A DNA stretch of 7,753 nucleotides from the NCBI RefSeq assembly GCF_006345805.1, contig NW_021828646.1, positions 1 to 7,753 of the forward strand, written 5' to 3'. The position numbers and the translations under genes are program-made. The notes under the pieces were generated by a model. That model made no database searches. It was not told where the DNA came from and was given only the letters and a program-made list of their open reading frames with translations. Positions 1 to 7,356 of this stretch are shown piece by piece (within the stretch, counting starts at the first letter, position 1; the number at the start of each line of letters is the position of its first letter). The stretch is from Octopus sinensis. Its lineage: Eukaryota.

Positions 1-44
1 TTAAAAGCAGCAGAAATTTAAGTTAAATGTCTGCTGCATTAAAT

Positions 45-310
45 AATATATATATATATATATATGAAGCAAATTATATTTATACTCATAACTATAAAAT
101 TTATATATATATATATATATACATGTATATATCATATATATATATTTATATTAATATATATATATATAGATATATATATTATATATATATTATAAATATA
201 TACATACATGTTATATATCTTTATATATCAATAATATATATATAATAATTATGTATATATATATATATGTATGTATGTATGTATGTATATGTTACATGTA
301 CGTATGTATG
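45..310. repeat. Imperfect (TA)n microsatellite grading into (TATG)n
   Basis: Directly visible TA runs, then TATG units from about 268. Explains ORF 27..245. Confidence 0.95.
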
Positions 311-359
311 TAATTTTTACTAGAAGTAAGTAGACAGATAGGTACATGAAGTAATACAG

Positions 360-420
360 ACAAACAAGCACACACACACCCACATGCAAACATGACTATA
401 CACATACACCCCCCCCCCCA
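360..420. repeat. Degenerate (CA)n tract ending in poly-C
   Basis: cacacacacc...cacatacacc followed by a C run at about 409-419. Confidence 0.8.
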
Positions 421-428
421 TACATATG

Positions 429-550
429 TAATCGAGCTCAGTGTTCAACTGATACTTATCGACTCCGAAATGATAAAAAGCAAAAGCTCCCATATTGGAC
501 TTTGAACTCAGAACGTAAAGAGAGCATTTCGCATGAAATCCTAACGACTG
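429..550 (-). mobile_element. Degraded tRNA-derived SINE, family C, internally deleted
   Basis: Colinear with the intact copy at 3796-4029: 'tttgaactcagaacgtaaag', 'tcgactccgaaatgataaaaagcaaaag', 'cagtgttcaactgatactta'. Confidence 0.75.
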
Positions 551-569
551 GTTTATAACATCAGTGTAA

Positions 570-740
570 GGTGTTGAGCTGGAAGGATCGTTAACATACC
601 GGGTAAAATGCCTAACGGTATTTCGCCCAGTTTTACCTTCTGTGCTCGAATTCCTTCGGGGTCGATAAAATAAGGGCCAGTTGAATTAATCGACTCAGCC
701 CCCTTCTCAGAATTTGCCGGCCTTGTCCCAAAATTCGAAA
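570..740 (+). mobile_element. Degraded tRNA-derived SINE, family C
   Basis: 'gagctggaaggatcgttaacataccgggtaaaatgcctaacggtatttcg' and 'ccttcggggtcgataaaataag' match the copies at 3125 and 3796-4029. The tail ends 'ccggccttgtcccaaaattcgaaa'. Confidence 0.8.
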
Positions 741-779
741 TACTAAATATCTTCCCTTTCTGTCTCTTTATATTAACTA

Positions 780-1179
780 CTAGCAGTATCGCCCGGCGTT
801 GCTCGAGTTTATAAGGGAAATAACTATATAAGAATTTTTAGAGAGTTATAGCCAAAAGATAGCAAAAAAATGCATTAAAAATGGAAAAGAAATTGTGGTA
901 AATTTTTTTTTAAATCGTTGACTCATCGTAGACATTTTTAGAGAGTTACTTCCCTTATGTAATAGCGAAAAAATGCATTAAAATGGAAAAAATGATGGTA
1001 ACTTTTTTTTTAAATCGTAGACTCATCGTAGACGCGCGCTAATACCCAGAAGGGCTCGATATGAATCATGACTATAAGATACCCGGTTTTGGTTAAACTG
1101 CACCGCAAAATGTGGGAGTAGTTAGGAATCTAAATCGTAGGAGACAGACAGCACACAACCTCTCTTTTATATATAAAGA
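780..1179 (-). mobile_element. Non-autonomous Helitron, complete (400 bp)
   Basis: The minus strand starts TC (1179-1178) and ends CTAG (783-780), with a GC-rich hairpin at about 792-807 just inside the 3' end. It sits between A (779) and T (1180) with no TSD, the canonical Helitron signature. It has an internal 100-bp tandem duplication (834-933, 934-1033), and a second copy lies at 5088. Confidence 0.85.
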
Positions 1180-1477
1180 TAAACACCAGATTTATATCGC
1201 TTTAGTTTTAATTTAGGTTTTCGTAGTTTTTTGGAATTAAGTTCATCGATGTGGGCTTCGCCTGATTCTGATTTAAAATTTAGATTCGATTTATATTTTC
1301 GTTTATTCACTTTATAATTATATTTTATCTATTTAGTCATTTATTTTTAAAACAAAATTGTCATATTTTCATTAAATAAAACAACGTTTATAAACAAGAA
1401 ACATGCAATTCAAATGAATATTAAAATATCCGCGAAAATGAAGCCGTTTATTGTAATCAAGTACAATGCAATCAATA

Positions 1478-1653
1478 GACGCAGGTGTGGCTGTGTGGTA
1501 AGTAGCTTGTTTACCAGTCACATTGTTCCGGGTTCAGTCCCACTGCGTGGTACCTGGTTGGCAAGGTTCCTTCTACTATAGCCTCAGGCCGACCAAAGCC
1601 TTGTGAGTGGATTTGGTAGACGGAAACCGAAAGAAGCCCGTCGTATATATGTA

Positions 1654-1711
<58 letters not shown>

Positions 1712-1936
1712 TTTGTGTCTTTGGTGTGAGTGTGTTTGTCCCCCTAGCATTGCTTGACAACCGATGCTGGTGTTTATATTCCCCGTCACTTAGCGGTTCG
1801 GCAAAAGGACCGATAGAATAAGTACTGGGCTTACAAAAGAATATGTCCCGGGGTCGAGTTGCTCGATTAAAGGCGGTGCTCCAGCATGGCCGCAGTCAAA
1901 TGACTGAAAAAAGTAAAAGAGTAAAAGAGTAAAAGA
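1478..1936 (+). mobile_element. tRNA-derived SINE, family B (CORE-SINE-like), near full length
   Basis: A-box-like tggctgtgtggta (1488-1500), B-box-like ggttcagtccc (1531-1541), CORE-like 'ggcaaggttccttctactatagcctc', internal (TA)n, and a 3' tail of (gtaaaaga)x3. The CORE assignment is from recall. Confidence 0.85.
1644..1708. repeat. (TA)n tract internal to SINE B
   Basis: Directly visible. Explains ORFs 1511..1789 and 1603..1821. Confidence 0.95.
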
Positions 1937-2312
1937 ATAGGTTACTGGTATCAAAATTTGTGGGTTGTTTGTAAACAGACTGTGAATACGGATTTCGAGA
2001 TTTGGTCGCAAGAACGGACAACGCTGTCCAATCACCAGAGTTCGTGTTGGTATTTTGATGACAGTTATGGTAGTTGTGATAATCGTGGTGTTAGTGGGAG
2101 CGATAAGGATGGCGGTGGCGGCAGTGACAGATCACCGTTGTTGAAGAATCTTTGGTTCGATCAATTGGATTTAAGGCGTGAAAGGTAGAGAATCCCAAAG
2201 TCTCATGACGCTTTAACACAACAATTTGATGGAATCAGCTCAACAGAGTATGGTGACAAGCCCGTAGCTTTTGATTCCCAGTCACTACCCACCCGGTAAG
2301 CTTTTATCTATA

Positions 2313-2850
2313 ATTTCTATCCACCAATTTTATTCGCAAGGTGTGTTGCCCAGAGGTTATAAAACAGAAAATTCTTTTACCCCCTATGCCATGCAGTGGT
2401 ATCGAACGCGGTACCATATCGTTGTGGAAGCACTCCGTCGGTTACGACGACGAGGGTTCCAGTTGATCCGAATCAACGGAACAGCTTGCTCGTGAAATTA
2501 ACGTGTAAGTGGCTGAGCACTCCACAGACACGTGCACCCTTAACGTAGTTCTCGGGAATATTCAGCGTGACACAGAGAGTGACAAGGCCGGCCCTTTGAA
2601 ATACAGGTACAACAGAAACAGGAAGTAAGAGTGAGAGAAAGTTGTGGTGAAAGAGTACAGCAGGGATCGCCACCATCCCCTGCCGGAGCCTCGTGGAGCT
2701 TTTAGGTGTTTTCGCTCAATAACACTCACACACGCCCGTCTCTGGGAATCGAAACCGCGATCCTACGACCGCGAGTCCGCTGCCCTACCACTGGGCCATT
2801 GCGCCTCCACCATATCGTTGTAACACGAATTCCTAACCATATGGTCCTAC
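2313..2850 (-). mobile_element. Old, diverged family-B SINE 5' portion, split by the family-A insertion
   Basis: Joining 2313-2425 to 2822-2850 gives 'ttctatccaccaattttattcgcaagg...gccatgcagtggtatcgaacgcggtaccatatcgttgtaacacgaattcctaaccat'. This is colinear with the reverse complement of 1490-1625. Confidence 0.6.
2426..2808 (-). mobile_element. tRNA-derived SINE, family A, full length, with 13-bp TSD
   Basis: Head GGAGGCGCAATGGCCCAGTGG (A box) and GGTTTCGATTCCC (B box). Perfect TSD accatatcgttgt at 2413-2425 and 2809-2821. About 95% identical by eye to 6536-6913. Confidence 0.93.
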
Positions 2851-3124
2851 TCTATCTGTAAATCACTAATGATTCTAAGGTAAATCAAGACAAAATTATC
2901 TGAATCTTTGATCAAAATCAAACCGTGTCTGAAGGCATAGACGCACCATTTTCCGATATGCTGCCTTTAAAAAATTACCATGGGTCCTATACACACGAAG
3001 ATCAATCTATATTCTATGCGTTGAAACACAAAAGATATTCTTCCCTGAATCTCCACAACTGAAATTGGAGTGCGTCTTTTACACCATCAAATACAATTTC
3101 TGTCACAATAAATTTAATTTTGAA

Positions 3125-3309
3125 GGAGTCGAGCTGGCAGAAACGTTAAGCACGCCGGGCAAAATGCTTAGTGGCGTGTCGTCCGTCTTTACGTTCTGAG
3201 TTCAAATTCTGCCGAGGGTCACTTTGCCTTTTATCATTCTGGGTCGAAAAAATTAAGTACCAGTTGCGTACTGAGGTCGACCTAATCCGGTGGTCCCATT
3301 TCCCAGAAA
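3125..3309 (+). mobile_element. tRNA-derived SINE, family C, 3' degraded
   Basis: gagctggcagaaacgtt...; B-box-like gagttcaaattc; reverse-complement match to 3860-4027. Confidence 0.88.
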
Positions 3310-3709
3310 AGAATAAATTTATTTTTGACAGTTCAATTGGCTGCTAACTTAGTTATCTCCCCTACATCTCTTCTTAAGTTCTCTGAGGGTTACCTCCCTT
3401 GGTAAATCATGAAAATTCATCTCTTTTCTTGTATACTTGAGTCGTCGCTAGCATTTAGAATTGAATCTGGCCAACGTCAGCTTTTTCGGTCATACATTCT
3501 GAGTTGATAAATTCAACTGCTAGTGAAGACTTGTATTAGATGGTATCCCCTAAGCCAGTCCCCATCAATACTGCCCACCTCGTGCGTTAGTAAGAACCAA
3601 TGGTTTGTGGTGCTACAAAACTACTACAAGATATAATGAAACTAATTCATTGGATTCAAAGGAAAAAATTCTTTCTTGAAACGAAGGTGAAGAATATGTT
3701 GAATGGTAG

Positions 3710-3780
3710 AATGGTAGAATTTTTAGTGTGTCGAACAAAATGTCTGTGATTGATAGCTACGTCTCTTTCGGATCTCATTT
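3710..3780 (+). mobile_element. Possible very old family-C SINE head remnant
   Basis: 'tggtagaatttttagtgtgtcgaacaaaatg' resembles 'tggcagaaacgttaagcacgccgggcaaaatg'. Short and weak. Confidence 0.35.
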
Positions 3781-3795
3781 CTGATGGTGTCATAT

Positions 3796-4029
3796 CTATT
3801 TCATTACTACCCACAAGGGGCTAAACATAGAGGGGACAAACACGGACAGACGAAGGGATTAAGTCGATTACATCGACCCCAGTGCGTAACTGGTACTTAA
3901 TTTATCGACCCCGAAAGGATAAAAGGCAAAGTAGACCTCGGCGGAATTTGAACTCAGAACGTAAAGGCAGACGAAATACCGCAAAGAATTTCGTCCGGCG
4001 CGTTAACGTTTCTGCCAGCTCGCCGCCTT
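3796..4029 (-). mobile_element. tRNA-derived SINE, family C, near-intact full-length copy
   Basis: The minus strand reads AAGGCGGCGAGCTGGCAGAAACGTT..., B box GAGTTCAAATTCC, central 'gccttttatcctttcggggtcgataaattaagtaccag', tail 'ccccttgtgggtagtaatgaaatag'. No TSD seen. Confidence 0.92.
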
Positions 4030-4079
4030 CGGCGAAACACAGACAGGTCTGTGCACGGAGTTTGTGTCAATAAATATTA

Positions 4080-4229
4080 TGAGAGAGAGATCACGAGAGA
4101 GAGAGAGAGGGGAGAATAGAGGAGAGGGGAGAAGAAGAGAGAAAGAGAGAAGGTGATAGAGAGAGAGAGAGGAAGAGAGAGAGAGAGCGAATAGAAGAGA
4201 AAAGTTGAAGGAGAAGAGTGATGAAAGAG
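4080..4229. repeat. Degenerate (GA)n purine-rich tract
   Basis: Directly visible. Explains ORF 4003..4263. Confidence 0.9.
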
Positions 4230-4876
4230 TGTCAATATGCCAATATATCATTAACTGACGCACTGGGTCAATTCGATTCGTTAAATAATGATTTACTATT
4301 TAATTAAGCTAAACCAATCAATCGCTTAATTTGTTGGATATTTAGCCAATTTACTAATAATAAAGGAGTGGAATTGAACCAGAGCGTGTGTTAATAATAT
4401 TGACATAATGACTTTCCCAGACGCAACAAAATATGTTTCAACACACGAATTCACAAAAAGAATCTTGCAAACCAGATACAAAAAAAAACGAAATGATGAA
4501 AAAAGAAGTCTAAAAACGGAAGTAGAAATAAGGTAATTGTTATTATTAACCAACTTCTCATCGACAAATATGATTGCCACACACCGATGACGGGTCAATA
4601 CACTGAAACTCGAGTCCGTGTGTATCATAAGTTGAAGACGGGAAGGATGGCTTCCCTTTGCAAATACAGATAGGGCACAGAAAGTGTATCTATAGCCAGC
4701 TCGAGGAGGTGTCCTCCTGGGGCTACAAACTACAGTAGCATTCACCCTTAGGGGTTAGCCATATTCAAATGGCAAATATACAATATTACAATTATTTTTC
4801 TTAATTGATGAATGAATAAAAATAATCAAAAAGAAACAAACTGCGAGAACGTATAAAGAATGTTCTGTTTACTTAC

Positions 4877-5011
4877 ATTTCTGTGGTGACAAATAAGGTC
4901 AATTCTGAGAAGAGAAGAAAACCGATGAAGCATATGCTGCTCAAAGAGATGATGGCACCAGTTATAGTTGGACGAGTAAGGTCTTTGGGTACCTTCCGGT
5001 AAATGTCGAAC
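4877..5011 (-). CDS. ERGIC1: Internal coding exon (probably coding exon 2) of ER-Golgi intermediate compartment protein 1 (ERGIC-32); N-terminus plus first transmembrane helix
   Basis: Acceptor ttgcAG (AG at 5013-5012) and donor GTAAGT (from 4876); 135 nt, phase 2 at both ends. Translation: (R)FDIYRKVPKDLTRPTITGAIISLSSICFIGFLLFSELTLFVTTE(I/M). This matches human ERGIC1 as recalled (RFDIYRKVPKDLTQPTYTGAIISICCCLFILFLFLSELTGFITTEV), roughly 70% identity. Not in the ORF track. Confidence 0.95.
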
Positions 5012-5087
5012 CTGCAAGTCATATTGTTAACTTCATTATTTATGAGCTGTAAATCAGATATGTTGGTTTCTAGATTTTATATATACA

Positions 5088-5475
5088 CTAGCAGTATCGG
5101 CCGGCGTTGCTCGGGTTTGTAAGGGAAATAACTATATAAGCATTTTTAGAGATGTAAAGTATAATAGCCAACTCAATACGGCTAACCACAAAGTGGGGGG
5201 GGGTGTTACTGTAGCTTTTTACGTCCTGAGATTTAATAATAATTTTTAGAGAGTTATTTCCTTATATATACCAAAAATGCATTAAAATGGGAAAAATTGA
5301 TGGTAATTTTTTTTTAAATGGTAGACTCATCGTAGACGCGCGCTAATACCCAGAATGGGCTCGATATGAATCACAACTATAAGATACCCGGTTTGGTTAA
5401 ACTGCACCGCAAAATGTGGGAGTAGTTAGGAATCTAAATCGTAGGAGACAGACAGCACACAACCTCACTTTTATA

Positions 5476-5483
<8 letters not shown>
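5088..5483 (-). mobile_element. Non-autonomous Helitron, second copy; 5' terminus eroded into (TA)n
   Basis: 3' CTAG at 5088-5091 preceded by A 5087, hairpin 'ccggcgttgctcggg', and termini nearly identical to 780-1179. The first internal module differs. Confidence 0.85.
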
Positions 5484-5512
<29 letters not shown>

Positions 5513-5721
5513 TTTATATAAATATAAATATAAATATAAATATAAATACACACACACACACGCACACAGATACATATATAATCGCTATCTCTCACACACA
5601 AACACCTATGAACGCATATAGGCACACAAATACACTCGCGCACGCGTGTGTCTTTATATGAAGCTATGCATGCATGTATGTATGTGTGTGCGCATGTATG
5701 TATATATGTATGTATGTATGT
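5469..5721. repeat. Compound microsatellite (TA)n-(TAAATA)n-(CA)n-degenerate-(TATG)n
   Basis: Directly visible. Explains ORFs 5416..5661 and 5434..5724. Confidence 0.9.
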
Positions 5722-7356
5722 CATTGTCCACTTTTATTTTAAGATTCCTTGCCAATAAAGGAAGAACCGGTTTCTAACCTAGATCCAAGCCTCGGAATTT
5801 CAACAACATCAACAGGGTATTTTTGCATTTATGAATATGTTCAGATTTCTATGTTTTGTTTCATGCATATATTCTCATATATATACTTGCATATTGAAAC
5901 ATGCTCATCTATACTTAAATGATAAACTTGCCCAAACTTATACAGATTTTTACATTTCCAGTGATGTATTAAATCTGTAACCTTCGAATCAGCTTTCTCC
6001 TTTCTGGTTTTGAGAAGCTTTATACCTCAAGAATGGTATTTAGTCAGTGTGTTACATATCCCAGCACCCCAATAATTACAGGTATAAACCTCAAGTTGCA
6101 ATCTGGATAGAATAACTGCAAATTTCTCACTACTTCACTATAGGTGCTCTCTTTTTCGTTGTCCTTTAGCTTTATGTTAACATCCGCTGGACAGCTAGTT
6201 TCCGCGACTGTACACAGTTTCTGTTCTTTATCCCAAATCATTATGTTAGGTCTAATGTATTTACGTTTTATTGAGGTTTTCACAGGCACATTCCACCAGT
6301 ACTCCTTTTTATTATGAGTGGCTATGACTCCCACCCTACTGTGGGGTTTTAAGTCTATATCCTCATCTTTATCCTTCGGACGGATCTCGTAATACAGTGC
6401 CCTAGCTACAACACAATATCTCATCAGTAGCTAATACCGTGATGACATTTTCGGGTAACTGCTTATGATGAGGGTCATAGCTTCGGTGTTTACTTCCCAA
6501 AGTCTGCATCGGATGTCACATATTACTGCTTTTCCGGCAATGGCCCAGTGGTTACGGCAGCGGACTCGCGGTCGTAGGATCGCGGTTTCGATTCCCATAC
6601 CGGGAGTTGTGAGTGTTTATTGAGCGAAAACACCTAAAAGCTCCACGAGGCTCCGGCAGGGGATGGTGGTGATCCCTGCTGTACTCTTTCACCACAACTT
6701 TCTCAAAATCTTACTTCCTGTTTCTGTTGTACCTGTATTTCAAGGGGCCGGCCTTGTCACTCTCTGTGTCACGCTGAATATCCCCGAGAACTACGTTAAG
6801 GGTGCACGTGTTTGTGGAGTGCTCAGCCACTTACACGTTAATTTCACGAGCAGGCTGTTCCGTTGATTCGGATCAACTGGAACCCTCATCGTCGTAACCG
6901 ACGGAGTGCTTCCATCCCTGTTCTGTATCAGGCATTCGGTTGATGTATCCTGTTCCTGTATTGCAAACGTATACCCTTCACAGTGTGATGTAGTAATCCG
7001 GTTATTAATCCATGATAAAACGCTTTTGTGATCTATGTTGCTATTATCTCGGAGCTTTCTACTAATATATCCATACTTAGTCTTCGACTGATATACGATC
7101 GTCCTTTCATCTGAGGATACATAGCAGTAAAGTCGTGAGACTTCTTTGGACATGTACTTAAGGTTATCATACATGGAACGCTACTCAATATGTTGCCTTC
7201 AAAGTCTTATGTTATCAGCCTCATGTATGAAAACTTGGTCAAGGATGCACTTCAAGACTTGGTGGTTAAATGATGTTGCCGAAGGAATATGATACGACAC
7301 TCGAAGGCCTTTTGGCACGATCTTAGGCCCTTGCCGCCTTGTTTTCGTTTTATGTA
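5722..7356 (-). mobile_element. 5'-truncated, inactivated non-LTR retrotransposon with C-terminal restriction-like endonuclease (R4/Dong-like), interrupted by a SINE at 6536-6913
   Basis: Motifs in order: post-RT 'YIKRKQGGKGL' (from 7356); 'TSHCEGYTFAIQEQ'; decayed CCHC 'CRLW...TLIISSYPKMS'; 'MRYCVV' (RHD-like); 'IRPNIMIWDK' (PD to PN); 'AETSCPAD'; 'KDNEKESTY'; 'IPVIIGVLG'. The frame continues through internal stops to 'RRKLIRRLQI*YITGNVKIC...KFII*' (stop at 5917-5915), then about 190 nt of putative 3' UTR. The clade call rests on recalled motifs. Confidence 0.88.
6536..6913 (+). mobile_element. tRNA-derived SINE, family A, inserted in the LINE
   Basis: A box tggcccagtgg, B box ggtttcgattccc; about 95% identical to the reverse complement of 2426-2808; lacks the first few 5' bases. 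Confidence 0.93.

Noticed and set aside
27-245. 72-aa I/Y-rich ORF
   Set aside because: Translation of the (TA)n microsatellite.
834-1033. Tandem units as a CRISPR-like array
   Set aside because: Eukaryotic context, only two 100-bp units, no repeat-spacer structure; internal to a Helitron.
1185-1330. Minus-strand stop-free K/N-rich stretch (…KSESGEAHIDELNSKKLRKPK…)
   Set aside because: Explained by A-rich composition; no recognised homology, start codon or clear splice sites; not ERGIC1-like.
1511-2035. ORFs 1511..1789, 1603..1821 and 1790..2035
   Set aside because: They lie largely within SINE B and its TA tract.
2473-2676. Near-identical 67-aa ORFs at 2473..2676 and 6663..6866 in the ORF track
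   Set aside because: Both are within family-A SINE copies, and the peptide recurs because the SINE does. Note that the sequence shows the two copies in opposite orientation, so the track's minus strand for 6663..6866 looks inconsistent.
2743-2808. tRNA-like heads (also 1478, 3125, 4029, 6536) as tRNA genes
   Set aside because: Each continues into SINE body sequence, and I could not build a full cloverleaf with an acceptor stem.
2905-3063. About 50 stop-free plus-strand codons (DQNQTVSEGIDAPF…)
   Set aside because: No recognisable homology or convincing splice signals; length is compatible with chance.
4585-4612. Hammerhead-like ccgatga…gaaac (also ctgatga at 6427-6421 on the minus strand)
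   Set aside because: The core deviates from CUGANGA or lacks the required stem II and III pairing.
4326-4745. 139-aa ORF containing 'IFVDEK' as the next ERGIC1 exon
   Set aside because: The context does not match the expected ELxVD...NISLP, and the rest is low-complexity F/L/S from T-rich intron.
4826-5017. 63-aa ORF overlapping the ERGIC1 exon
   Set aside because: Wrong reading frame; the real frame is the phase-2 exon 5011-4877.
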